Notes: a model not told the origin generated them from the letters alone. A stretch of DNA of 64,000 nucleotides from an uncultured Pseudomonadota bacterium (GCA_937885575.1 CALABO010000008.1:6294-70293); one strand, 5' to 3'; positions 35,423 to 44,994 are shown, counted from the stretch's first letter. Numbers and translations: made by a program.

Positions 35423-37261
35423 ATGAAGATTCGTAACATTGCGATTATTGCGCACGTTGACCACGGAAAAACGACCCTGGTGGATAACATGCTAAAACAG
35501 GCGGGAACTTTCCGCGAAAACGAACGCGTCGAAGACCGCGTCATGGACAGTGGCGACATCGAACGCGAACGCGGCATTACTATTTCCGCAAAGCCAACAT
35601 CGGTTCTGTGGCACGATTACAAGATAAATATTGTCGATACACCCGGTCACGCGGACTTTGGCGGCGAAGTCGAACGTATTTTGTCGATGGTTGACGGTGT
35701 GGTGCTGCTGGTCGATAGTGCCGAAGGCCCCCTGCCCCAAACGAAATTTGTTCTTTCAAAAGCCCTAAAACTTGGCTTACGTCCTATTGTTTGTATCAAC
35801 AAGGTTGACCGTGGCGACGCCCGCCCGGACGAGGTTTTATCCGAAACTTTTGACCTGTTCGATAAATTGGGGGCGGACGATGCACAACTTGATTTTCCAT
35901 ACCTTTATGCGGTTGGACGCGACGGTTGGGCGGTGCGCGATTTGAACGACGAACATAAAGACCTGACGCCATTGTTCCAACTGATTGTTGACCATGTGCC
36001 GGCACCGGATTGCAATGGTTCGCGTTGCCAATTGGATGCACCGTTCACAATGCTTGCCACGACATTGGAATCGGACCCGTATGTTGGGCGCATTTTAACC
36101 GGAAAAATCGAATCAGGCACCGTACGCGTTGGACAAAGTGTCAAGGCAATAAATATGAACGGCGAATTTGTTGAAAATGCCAAAATCACAAAGATTATCG
36201 AACACCGCGGAATTGAAAAGATTTCCCGCGAAAGCGCATCGGCCGGCGACATTGTCGTCGTTGCCGGATTCACCAAGGCAACCGTTGCGGACACTCTGTG
36301 CGACCCGTCGGTCACCGAACCAATTCCCGCAATGCCGATTGACCCTCCAACCCTTACCATGACATTTTTCGTGAACACATCGCCACTTGCGGGGAAAAGC
36401 GGTAAAAAACTTACATCGCGTATGATTGGCGAACGCCTTTTCAAAGAAGCCGAAACAAACATCGCACTAAAAGTCACACAAAGTGAAAACAAAGAATCTT
36501 TCGAAGTTTCCGGCCGTGGCGAATTGCAATTGGGGATTTTGATTGAAACAATGCGCCGCGAAGGTTTTGAACTTTCGGTGTCGCGTCCGCGCGTCGTTAT
36601 GCACACCGGCGACAACGGCGAAATGTTGGAACCAATCGAAGAAGTCGTTGTTGATGTCGATGATGAATTCAGTGGCGTTGTTATTGAAAAGATGACAAAG
36701 CGCAAGGCAACTATTACCGAAATGAAGGCGTCCGGCGGCGGCAAAACGCGCATTGTGTTTTCTGCGCCGTCACGCGGACTTATCGGATACCTTTCGGAAT
36801 TCAGGACCGACACGCGTGGCACCGGAATTATGAACCGCGTGTTTGATAAATACGGTCCATATCGCGGCCCAATCGTGCAATATCGTCCGGGCGTTTTGGT
36901 TTCCATGGAAAATGGTGTCACAGCAACATACGCACTGCATAACCTTGAACCGCGTGGCGTTTTATTTGTTGGCCCACAAACCGAAGTTTATTCCGGTATG
37001 ATTATCGGCGAACACAGCAAAGAAAATGATTTGGAAGTCAACCCGATAAAGGGCAAAGAACTTACCAATGTGCGCAGTGTAACGGCGGATGAAAAATTGT
37101 TCCTTGCGCCACCGCGCAAAATGTCGTTGGAAGAAGCGTTATCATATATCCAAGATGATGAATTGGTCGAAGTCACGCCGGCGACAATCCGTCTGCGCAA
37201 GAAAGAATTGGACAGCGGGAAACGAAAAAAACTTGCCCGCGGCAAAGATGAGACACTATAA
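35423..37261 (+). CDS. typA: Translational GTPase TypA/BipA
   Basis: 612 aa with G1 AHVDHGKTT and G3 DTPGHADF, and EF-G-like domains. Confidence 0.95.
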   Translation: MKIRNIAIIAHVDHGKTTLVDNMLKQAGTFRENERVEDRVMDSGDIERERGITISAKPTSVLWHDYKINIVDTPGHADFGGEVERILSMVDGVVLLVDSAEGPLPQTKFVLSKALKLGLRPIVCINKVDRGDARPDEVLSETFDLFDKLGADDAQLDFPYLYAVGRDGWAVRDLNDEHKDLTPLFQLIVDHVPAPDCNGSRCQLDAPFTMLATTLESDPYVGRILTGKIESGTVRVGQSVKAINMNGEFVENAKITKIIEHRGIEKISRESASAGDIVVVAGFTKATVADTLCDPSVTEPIPAMPIDPPTLTMTFFVNTSPLAGKSGKKLTSRMIGERLFKEAETNIALKVTQSENKESFEVSGRGELQLGILIETMRREGFELSVSRPRVVMHTGDNGEMLEPIEEVVVDVDDEFSGVVIEKMTKRKATITEMKASGGGKTRIVFSAPSRGLIGYLSEFRTDTRGTGIMNRVFDKYGPYRGPIVQYRPGVLVSMENGVTATYALHNLEPRGVLFVGPQTEVYSGMIIGEHSKENDLEVNPIKGKELTNVRSVTADEKLFLAPPRKMSLEEALSYIQDDELVEVTPATIRLRKKELDSGKRKKLARGKDETL

Positions 37262-37267
37262 CAACGA

Positions 37268-37290
37268 AACCGGCAATAGCCGGTTTTTTT
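37268..37290 (+). terminator. Intrinsic terminator after typA
   Basis: AACCGGC-AATA-GCCGGTT followed by TTTTT. Confidence 0.8.
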
Positions 37291-37342
37291 CATGATTGAT
37301 ACAATTGTTGCAAAATATAAAATAAATATGTAAATTAAAACT

Positions 37343-38203
37343 ATGAAAAGTTTAATTTCAAACCATAAAAGATTATTCTTAATCGCAGGTTACGACAAAA
37401 ACGGGAAAATAAATTCCGCATTGTTGCACCTGGTAAAATCTCTTGCAAAATACGGCGATTGCGTTTTGGTTATGGATTCTGATTGCGATGAATCTGAACT
37501 AAAAAAAATAAAACCATACTGCCTATATGTCGCCGGCGTGCGCCATGGCGAATATGATTTCGGTTCATACAAACGCGCATATATTTGGGCAACCGAAAAT
37601 ACGAATTTATCAAACTATGATTTTATGTATATGGTAAACGACAGCGTATACGGCCCATTATTTGATATTGGCGATTACCTGAACAAAATGGAATCATTGG
37701 GAACCGATGCATTCGGTATGGTCAAAAAAACTGGTGGTAAATTTGAACACATACAATCTTGGTTTATCGGTATGAACAAACAAGTTTTCCTGTCAAAATG
37801 GTTTAGCGATTTCATAATGTCGGTAAGAAAAGTTGAGAAAAAAACCGCCGTCACCGCACTTTATGAAAATGGTTTTACGCGCAAACTAAACGAAAATAAA
37901 ATCGCGTGGCGATGCCTTTACAACATATACAATCGCGGGGTTTATAATCGTATCCGCCACCTTTATAAAATCCGCATGCCGTTCATCAAGAAACTTTCCT
38001 TTACGCGGCATTTTGGCGCATACGGGAATCAGATTTTATATGTCATGAACCATATTCCGGAAAAATTGCGCGATGATATTTTGTCCACCGCGCGTGAAAC
38101 ATTTGGTGATAAATATATGGATTGGCTTTTAACAAAAAATCCTGTTAAAATTTTACTCCGTAAAACAAAATATGTTATATCGAGGTTGCTGTGCAAAAAC
38201 TAA
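37343..38203 (+). CDS. Polysaccharide biosynthesis protein, rhamnan synthesis F (RgpF)-like
   Basis: 286 aa. The DFGSYK...MVNDSVYGP pattern resembles the RgpF family. First gene of the glycan cluster. Confidence 0.55.
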   Translation: MKSLISNHKRLFLIAGYDKNGKINSALLHLVKSLAKYGDCVLVMDSDCDESELKKIKPYCLYVAGVRHGEYDFGSYKRAYIWATENTNLSNYDFMYMVNDSVYGPLFDIGDYLNKMESLGTDAFGMVKKTGGKFEHIQSWFIGMNKQVFLSKWFSDFIMSVRKVEKKTAVTALYENGFTRKLNENKIAWRCLYNIYNRGVYNRIRHLYKIRMPFIKKLSFTRHFGAYGNQILYVMNHIPEKLRDDILSTARETFGDKYMDWLLTKNPVKILLRKTKYVISRLLCKN

Positions 38204-39027
38204 AAAAAGTTGCGGCCATCACAATGGCGCGGAACGATGAATTTTTTTTGGAACGATGGGTCGCCTATTACGGCCACGAATTGGGCACCGAAAACCTTTA
38301 TATAATTCTTGACGGAACCGACCAAGATGCGCCAAAAAACGCGGACGACGCAAATATAATAAAACTGCCACACGTGGACATGTCACGCGTCGCCGGCGAC
38401 AAATATCGAATCGGAAAAATCTCGGATTTGGCAAACGAACTGTTCAAAAAATATGACATAGTAATCGGTTGCGACAGCGATGAATTTTTGATTGTTGACC
38501 CCGCGATAAAAAAATCTTTACGCGAATATTTATCATCGATAAAAATCAAAACAACTGTTTCTGGACTTGGGCTTGACATCGGGCAAAATATGAAAACAGA
38601 AAAACAAATCGACCAATCAAAACCAATGTTGGAACAACGCGGCTACGCCCTACTTTCAACCCGTTATACTAAACCGGTTGTTCTGTCGCAACCCGCCCGT
38701 TGGGGCAGTGGTTTTCACCATGTCAAAGGTCACAATTTCCACATTGATAAAAATTTATATTTGTTACACTTTGGCGCGGTTGATATGGAAATGCTGATTA
38801 AAAAGGCGGAAAAGCGCGGTGCTGATTGGGTGAACCATTTGCGCCGCCGTGGAAACGGAACGATAAATACGGTCACGAAAAAAACCGCGCATGGCACGGG
38901 TTATATAAAAACCGCTCGCATTATGCAACGCATATTCCGTCCAATCTATGCGCCCGGCAAACCCGGAATGATGGGATTAAAGTGGGTTGTAAAAATTCCA
39001 CAAAGATTCAAAAAATCGAGGATATAA
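38191..39027 (+). CDS. Glycosyltransferase family 2-like protein (Glyco_tranf_2_4 type)
   Basis: GTG start with a GAGG RBS. AAITMARNDEFFLERWVAYYG...ILDGTDQD and a DSDEF (DxD-like) motif. Confidence 0.6.
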   Translation: MQKLKKVAAITMARNDEFFLERWVAYYGHELGTENLYIILDGTDQDAPKNADDANIIKLPHVDMSRVAGDKYRIGKISDLANELFKKYDIVIGCDSDEFLIVDPAIKKSLREYLSSIKIKTTVSGLGLDIGQNMKTEKQIDQSKPMLEQRGYALLSTRYTKPVVLSQPARWGSGFHHVKGHNFHIDKNLYLLHFGAVDMEMLIKKAEKRGADWVNHLRRRGNGTINTVTKKTAHGTGYIKTARIMQRIFRPIYAPGKPGMMGLKWVVKIPQRFKKSRI

Positions 39028-39029
39028 AA

Positions 39030-40040
39030 ATGCCAAAGAAAAAAATAGATATTGTTTATTTATGGGTTGACGGGGCCGATAAAAAATGGCGTGCCGAAAA
39101 AGACAAATGGTTCAAAAAAATAAACGGTGTAAACCCGATATATAAAGGCGCGGCCGATGTTGAGCGTTTCCGCGACAACGGTGAATTTTTATATTCTTTG
39201 CGCAGTGTTGCCGAATGCGTACCATGGATAAACCACATTTATATTATCACAGGATTTAACCAAGTTCCAAAATGGTTAAACACAAACCACCCCAAAATAA
39301 CCATTATTCCGCACGAACAAATCATACCTGCCCATGCACTACCCACATTTAACGCGACATCCATTGAAATGTGCATACCAAATATCAAAGAACTATCTGA
39401 ACATTTTTTGTTGATGAACGACGATATATTTTTCAATAAAAAAATTTCACCAGATTTCTTTTTCAACAGACGCGGTCAAACAATTGTCCGATATAATTCT
39501 TACACCAAACATCCATCCAACATTAACAAATGGATAGGTTCCGTAGATGATTATACCCAAACATTGATTTTATCATCTAAGATATTAGAAGATACATTCG
39601 ATAAAAAATTGTATTTTGGTCGCCCATCACACGGGGTCGACCCTTACCTCAAAACTTCTATCAAAGAATGTATGAACATACCACAAATAAAAAAGCAAAT
39701 TAATAACCAAGTTTCAAATAAATTTAGAACAAACACAGAAATTCAAAGATGGACATTCAACCTGTATGATTTTATAAAAAAGCGAGCAATATTCAAACAT
39801 GCACGTGCACGTAAATACACACGGCATAAAATTTTAAATTTTATTTATAACACATTGCACTTCATAGGAATCCGTAATTCTAATGTTGTGTGTACGAATG
39901 TTACGGATTGTGCCGATGCCATATCCCGTGCCCCAACATTTTGTATAAACGATGCATCAGACAACACACCGGAAATACTGAAAAAAAACCGTGAATTTTT
40001 GGAACAACGTTTCCCAAACAAATGCGAATTTGAAAAATAA
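39030..40040 (+). CDS. Stealth family capsular polysaccharide phosphotransferase
   Basis: CR1 is IDIVYLWVDGADKKW. CR2 is RFRDNGEFLYSLRSV..PWINHIYIITGFNQVPKWL...LPTFNATSIE...LMNDDIFF. ATG 39030 is preferred to the overlapping track start at 38826. Confidence 0.85.
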   Translation: MPKKKIDIVYLWVDGADKKWRAEKDKWFKKINGVNPIYKGAADVERFRDNGEFLYSLRSVAECVPWINHIYIITGFNQVPKWLNTNHPKITIIPHEQIIPAHALPTFNATSIEMCIPNIKELSEHFLLMNDDIFFNKKISPDFFFNRRGQTIVRYNSYTKHPSNINKWIGSVDDYTQTLILSSKILEDTFDKKLYFGRPSHGVDPYLKTSIKECMNIPQIKKQINNQVSNKFRTNTEIQRWTFNLYDFIKKRAIFKHARARKYTRHKILNFIYNTLHFIGIRNSNVVCTNVTDCADAISRAPTFCINDASDNTPEILKKNREFLEQRFPNKCEFEK

Positions 40041-40052
40041 AAATGGCGCCGA

Positions 40053-41069
40053 TTACAAACCCAAAAATGTATAAATCTGATTTCGCAATTCAAACCAATT
40101 ATTCGGCACATCATCAAACACACCCATGTCTTTCAACTTCATAAATGTTTCACGTGCGATATTCAATTCATCATCGGTCTTCAAATATTTTATTTTTCGA
40201 AAAGCCCAATTTATAAAATACCACATAAATTGTTCTTGCCATTTTTTCATCTGATAATCTGTTGCAGATTTTTTATAAATGCTGTATGCGTGGGAAATCC
40301 CCGTACACAGCGATTGCATAATGCGCAACTGTTTCGCCGAAAGCACAATTCCACCAAAGTTCGGAATATAATAATACAGTGGCAAATTTATAATCGACAC
40401 GCGCGGATTTTTTAACATAACCTCACTCCACCACGGAAAATCTTCAAACAAAATCCCTTTGATAAAAGCTATGTCCACAATCAGTTCCCGCCGATACATA
40501 TTTTTCCAAACCTGACAATGTTTAACCAGCCACTTGCGATTTTTATTCATCATATTATGCGCGCGTTCCGTTGCATATTCGAACACATCGTCCGTCACAA
40601 GTGATTTTACTTTCTCACTATTATATTTTTTTCTAATCCCCAGTGGCCGAACATTATCAGTATTCAAACCCAACTTATGATACACCATCAATTGCGGACG
40701 GTAAAATCGGTCGTATGTGTATGCCACAATATCCGCCCTATCCCGCCGTGCCACCGCATACGCGATTTCCATTGTTTGCGGATGAATAAAATCATCACTG
40801 TCCAAAAACATAACATATTCGCCATTTGCATACGGCATACCGGCATTTCGTGCATCCGAAAGTCCCCCATTTTCCTTGTGCACAACGACAAACCGATTAT
40901 CGCGCGCCGCATATTCTTCGGCAATTTTGCCGGAATTATCGGGCGACCCATCATCAACACAAATCGCCTGAAAATCAGCAAAGGTCTGATTTTGCACACT
41001 GTCCAAACACCGGCGCAGGTATTTTTCGACATTATACATCGGAATAATTATCGATATCTTTGGTTGCAT
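40053..41069 (-). CDS. Glycosyltransferase family 2
   Basis: ISIIIPMYNVEKYLRRCLDSVQNQTF..VDDGSPD and LDSDD motifs. Confidence 0.9.
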   Translation of the reverse strand: MQPKISIIIPMYNVEKYLRRCLDSVQNQTFADFQAICVDDGSPDNSGKIAEEYAARDNRFVVVHKENGGLSDARNAGMPYANGEYVMFLDSDDFIHPQTMEIAYAVARRDRADIVAYTYDRFYRPQLMVYHKLGLNTDNVRPLGIRKKYNSEKVKSLVTDDVFEYATERAHNMMNKNRKWLVKHCQVWKNMYRRELIVDIAFIKGILFEDFPWWSEVMLKNPRVSIINLPLYYYIPNFGGIVLSAKQLRIMQSLCTGISHAYSIYKKSATDYQMKKWQEQFMWYFINWAFRKIKYLKTDDELNIARETFMKLKDMGVFDDVPNNWFELRNQIYTFLGL

Positions 41070-41081
41070 AACAACACCTTT

Positions 41082-41969
41082 TTACATTTTACATATCGCC
41101 TCGGCAAAGGTTCCCGGCAACGGCGCATCCGCATAGGCACATTTTTGAAAGAACGCATCCGCGGTCAATTTTTTGAATAACTTTTCATCATACGGTTTAT
41201 GTTTATATATATGCCACAACGCATGTGTCGGATCTTGGTCAATGTGCGGCATTTCCGCGAAATATTTCTTTGCCCTTTCGTCATTTTCAACCAAAGTTTT
41301 AAACAACAATTGATGCATAAAATAATCAAAGCAATGATTTTCATGCATCCAGTAATCAAGTATCATCGCACGCCACGCGGCCAACAAATACGCCCCCCGG
41401 CGCGCACGAATAAAGCAGTTCTGCATATAAGAATACTTTTGACCAACATTACCAACCATATAAACAAAGAAATCTAAATCGATAATCCATTGCGGTATCG
41501 GCGCGGTCACAAACGCCGTTGAATCCAACCAAATTCCACCGTGTTCATACAGCAATTCCACCCGAACAATATCCGCAAAATGCGCGCGCCTTATTTTACC
41601 GGCACGATATTTTTCAACTATTTCGCGCGGCAAATTTACATACTGTTCAAAATTGTTATCGTCCAAGACAATCAATTCTTGTTTACAGTGCCGCCGAATA
41701 CTGCGATAGCACGCCTTTACTAAATCCGGCGCGTTTTCTTCACCTTGTTGCCACATTGTAAAGATTTTTTCATTATCATCATCTTTTATAATTGGCATCT
41801 CTTTCACAGCGGCGGCCGCGGGCAAATACCGCTTAAAATAACGCACCGCAACATCGGAAAAAACATCGCATCGAACCGCACTGCGCACCGCACGCGGCCG
41901 CCACAACCAATTCAGTACATGCGCGCGCACAACAATTTGTGTTAACGCCCACATTTTCGCAATATTCAT
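41082..41969 (-). CDS. Capsular polysaccharide synthesis protein (Caps_synth / GT32-like)
   Basis: IFTMWQQGEENAP...AHFADIVRVELLYEHGGIWLDST pattern. ATG 41969 is preferred to the GTG at 41975. Confidence 0.7.
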   Translation of the reverse strand: MNIAKMWALTQIVVRAHVLNWLWRPRAVRSAVRCDVFSDVAVRYFKRYLPAAAAVKEMPIIKDDDNEKIFTMWQQGEENAPDLVKACYRSIRRHCKQELIVLDDNNFEQYVNLPREIVEKYRAGKIRRAHFADIVRVELLYEHGGIWLDSTAFVTAPIPQWIIDLDFFVYMVGNVGQKYSYMQNCFIRARRGAYLLAAWRAMILDYWMHENHCFDYFMHQLLFKTLVENDERAKKYFAEMPHIDQDPTHALWHIYKHKPYDEKLFKKLTADAFFQKCAYADAPLPGTFAEAICKM

Positions 41970-41986
41970 TCCCACCCCCTTTGGTT

Positions 41987-42013
41987 AAAACACCGGGCGA
42001 CAAACGCCGCCCG
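41987..42013 (-). terminator. Intrinsic terminator after recA
   Basis: Minus-strand hairpin CGGGCG-N8-CGCCCG followed by GTGTTTT. Confidence 0.55.
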
Positions 42014-42019
42014 AAAAAT

Positions 42020-43090
42020 TTATTCTTCTATATTTCCATCTTCTTCATCCGCCGGCCCGGTTGTCATTTCTTCGGCGATACCGCCCGCACGCGCCATAAT
42101 TTTTTCAAGCAATTCTTGTTGCGCCTCTGGGTGGTCTTTTAACCACTGACGCGCGTTCGCCTCACCCTGACCTATGCGTTCATTGTTGTACGAATAGAAA
42201 CTGCCCGCCTTGTCGATAAAGTCATATTTCACACCCATATCTAAAATCTCGCTAATACGGGAAATACCTTCGCCATACATAATTTTGAAATCAACCGTCC
42301 GGAAAGGCGGCGCAACTTTGTTTTTAACAACCTTGACCCGCGTTTCGTTTCCGATAACATTTTCTTTATCTTTGATTGCCCCGGTGCGACGAATATCCAA
42401 ACGAACCGATGCATAGAATTTCAGCGCGTTACCACCACTGGTCGTTTCGGGATTTCCAAACATCACGCCAATCTTCATACGAATCTGATTGATAAAGATA
42501 AGCAATGTATTACTGCGCGACACAGACCCTGCAAGTTTTTTCAGCGATTGACTCATAAGACGCGCGGTCGTTCCAACAAAACTGTCGCCAATGTTACCCT
42601 CCAATTCCGCCTTGGGCACCAGTGCCGCAACCGAATCGATAACCACAACATCAACCGCACCGGATTTAATAAGTGTATCCGCAATTTCCAACGCCTGTTC
42701 CCCGGAATCGGGTTGCGATATAATAAGGTTTGCAACATCAACGCCCAACTTTTTCGCATAACTTGGGTCCAGTGCATTTTCCGCATCAATATAGGCGCAC
42801 GTGCCACCTTTCTTTTGCGCCTCGGCCACGGCATGCAGGGCAAGTGTCGTTTTACCCGAACTTTCCGGGCCATAGATTTCAACGATTCGCCCACGCGGAT
42901 AACCACCAATCCCAAGCGCAATATCCAACCCCAACGACCCGGAAGAAATCGCCTCTATATTCTGTTGGGAACCATCGCCCATTTTCATAATTGCTTCTTT
43001 GCCGAATTGCTTTTGAATTTGCGCAAGTGCCGATTCAAGTGCCGGATTTTTCGCGCCCGTCGTGGCCGCCGCCGTTTCTTTCTTTGCCAT
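42020..43090 (-). CDS. recA: Recombinase RecA
   Basis: Walker [11 protein letters not shown]1/L2 loops and an acidic C-terminus. The start is at ATG 43090 (MAKKETAAA). Confidence 0.95.
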   Translation of the reverse strand: MAKKETAAATTGAKNPALESALAQIQKQFGKEAIMKMGDGSQQNIEAISSGSLGLDIALGIGGYPRGRIVEIYGPESSGKTTLALHAVAEAQKKGGTCAYIDAENALDPSYAKKLGVDVANLIISQPDSGEQALEIADTLIKSGAVDVVVIDSVAALVPKAELEGNIGDSFVGTTARLMSQSLKKLAGSVSRSNTLLIFINQIRMKIGVMFGNPETTSGGNALKFYASVRLDIRRTGAIKDKENVIGNETRVKVVKNKVAPPFRTVDFKIMYGEGISRISEILDMGVKYDFIDKAGSFYSYNNERIGQGEANARQWLKDHPEAQQELLEKIMARAGGIAEEMTTGPADEEDGNIEE

Positions 43091-43233
43091 TATAACTTCC
43101 TTTTCTATACGCCCCGTATGATACCGCAAAAAAAACACTATGCAATTTATTTTTTGATTACCATATATAATTACTTAATTTCCATTGACAATTTTTCATT
43201 TTGCGCTACCTTCTTAATAAAAAAGGCAGAACG

Positions 43234-43677
43234 ATGAACTTTCCTATACTTGATGCAGATGCTTTAATAATAAACGAAAATGATATCACGACATTTTATG
43301 GTCGCCCAACGTATTATTACCGTGGTGTTGAAATAGGACACAGACAATATGTAATAAAAAAATTCCAAGAACTGCGGGACATTATATTCAACGAAACAAG
43401 AAAAAACATAACAGAAATTCATTTAATAACAACAAAGACCGGTGGTACAAAAGTCAATTTCCCGTGCGGTTCGCTTACATATCCATCTTTAAAACCGGGA
43501 TACAATGTGTGTTGTCGTGTAAAATTTAGTGATGGGACATTTGGTTCTGGTACAATGTGGGTATACCATCGCCGCAGCACCACAACAGATGGCGCCGCGG
43601 TATATTGCGCAAAACATTTCATAGACGACGCACTAAACAACCCAGTTTTCCGTAAATCACTAACCACCAGCCACTAA
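43234..43677 (+). CDS. Hypothetical protein
   Basis: 147-aa ORF from ATG 43234 with no recognised family. The last six codons (SLTTSH) and the TAA stop lie inside heptamer tract B5. Confidence 0.45.
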   Translation: MNFPILDADALIINENDITTFYGRPTYYYRGVEIGHRQYVIKKFQELRDIIFNETRKNITEIHLITTKTGGTKVNFPCGSLTYPSLKPGYNVCCRVKFSDGTFGSGTMWVYHRRSTTTDGAAVYCAKHFIDDALNNPVFRKSLTTSH

Positions 43678-43685
43678 CACTAACT
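43658..43685 (-). repeat. Family B heptamer tract B5
   Basis: The plus strand reads CACTAACCACCAGCCACTAACACTAAC, between convergent genes. Confidence 0.85.
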
Positions 43686-43689
43686 TTCA

Positions 43690-44625
43690 TTAATCATCTG
43701 GAAAATCCCAAAGCCAACAATAATCCGGATCATTTTCATGCCCGGTTTCATACCCGGCACAGGTGCGTTTTTTCTGGCGGGTGTCAACGGCGGCAATGGT
43801 TGCGATATTTGCGCCGTTTTCCAATTCGCCGGTTGTCGCATTATGCGTTGGCGCATTTGCGGTCGCAACCCCATTGCCCAGCGCGCCATTTGCGCCATAA
43901 TTTGCAAGTGTGTTCGGCGTGCCGGTGGGCGCGGCATTTTGAATTTCATTATGCAACGCACTATACACATCCTTTAACAGTTCCAATGAAACCAATGCAC
44001 CCTTGATATAGTTTAGACTTGTGGTTGCGTTACCACTGGTTCCACCAAAGTTTGATGTTTCATACTGTGCCAATGTTTTTGTTCCGTTGATATACAATAT
44101 AACATTATCCGCGCCGGATTTTTGGGTAAGTGGTTGCGACCCACCCGCGGTGATATAACGACGACCAACGACCCCCGAGTTCGCCCCCAAATCAATTGTT
44201 TGCCCACCGGTGGAGGCCATGAGATAGTAGATTGTTGTGCTTGTCCATGCTGCCGGAAGTTTATTTTGTTTTGCCGCTAATCCTTCTGCCACGGCACGAA
44301 CGGTTGGAACATAATTATCCATTTCGGAACCGTATGCACTACCACCATATACAGACAAATCACCCTCATCATCCGAAATTGTTTGCGCATCTAAAATACC
44401 TATCTTATTACCAACAAGTCCACTTGTAGAATCATATGTTGTAATCGCCGGCAACATAAGTTCAGGATTGCCATTAAACTCCACTAACCCGGTTGTGATT
44501 TTATCCTGTTTCGTATCGACATAGGCCTTAGATGCCACGGTTTTCTTGTCCAATTCGGTTGGTTCCGCAAATGACGGCATTGTAAACAATGTTGCAAATA
44601 CAGATAACACGATAAATTTTTTCAT
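43690..44625 (-). CDS. Secreted hypothetical protein (P2), tail-fibre/adhesin-like N-terminal motif
   Basis: ATG 44625 with an AGGGGGA RBS. Signal peptide MKKFIVLSVFATLFTMPSFA. VASKAYVDTKQDKI motif, a Gly/Asn/Thr-rich body and a C-terminal Cys-DPD-Cys loop. Confidence 0.6.
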   Translation of the reverse strand: MKKFIVLSVFATLFTMPSFAEPTELDKKTVASKAYVDTKQDKITTGLVEFNGNPELMLPAITTYDSTSGLVGNKIGILDAQTISDDEGDLSVYGGSAYGSEMDNYVPTVRAVAEGLAAKQNKLPAAWTSTTIYYLMASTGGQTIDLGANSGVVGRRYITAGGSQPLTQKSGADNVILYINGTKTLAQYETSNFGGTSGNATTSLNYIKGALVSLELLKDVYSALHNEIQNAAPTGTPNTLANYGANGALGNGVATANAPTHNATTGELENGANIATIAAVDTRQKKRTCAGYETGHENDPDYCWLWDFPDD

Positions 44626-44651
44626 ATATTTTCCCCCTTTTTTATGTAACA

Positions 44652-44830
44652 AAAAACCACCGAATTCACTTCAAGTGGTTGGAGGTTCAAGACTATGTTC
44701 CGAGAAAATAGTGGGTTTATTCTTTATATTCACCGCCCTCCAACCACCCTGGGTTGGAGGTGTTTTTTGTCCCCACGGACATCCGGAACCACGGGTCTTG
44801 ACACCCCATCGATGGAACACCCATCGATAC
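44652..44830 (-). promoter_or_regulatory. Family D conserved structured 5' leader, copy 2
   Basis: Same three blocks as 27284..27470: AAACCACCGAATT.ACTTCAAGTGGTTGGAGGTT, ATTCAC.GCCCTCCAACCAC...GGTTGGAG and ACACCCCATCGA.GGAACACCCATCGA. Confidence 0.45.
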
Positions 44831-44894
44831 AAATATTTTATCAAAACATGGGTATAAAAAACAAGCGAAAAAAGTATCGGCAACAAAAAACGGG

Positions 44895-44994
44895 CGCATC
44901 CGTCTTCGCTACCGCTCCGTCGCGACCAGACGCACCAACACCAAGCCAGGGCAAAGCCCCAGCGCAGTCTCGGCACCGCACCAGCGGTGACGGA
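44895..44994 (-). repeat. Family C structured repeat, copy C1
   Basis: The core AACACCAAGCCAGGGCAAAGCCCCAGCGCAGTCTCGGC...GGTGACGGA is shared with 46321..46399. Confidence 0.8.

Noticed and set aside
35905-36921. 338-aa minus-strand ORF inside typA
   Set aside because: It is antisense to an unambiguous TypA/BipA gene and Ser/Pro/Thr-rich. Similar long shadow ORFs (for example 22076-22708, 24168-24698, 28071-28778, 61238-61966, 48277-48837) were rejected for the same reason.
38826-39029. Long N-terminal extension of the Stealth ORF (track start 38826), plus similar extensions for sufS (2413), trmB (9661), xthA (54169), the J-domain gene (31932) and the MFS gene (46328)
   Set aside because: The extensions overlap the preceding gene or repeats and lack an RBS. 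Internal ATGs give canonical N-termini with SD sequences.
43091-43233. Searched the recA upstream region for an alphaproteobacterial LexA box (GTTC-N7-GTTC / GAAC-N7-GAAC)
   Set aside because: No such motif is present, so no SOS operator is claimed.
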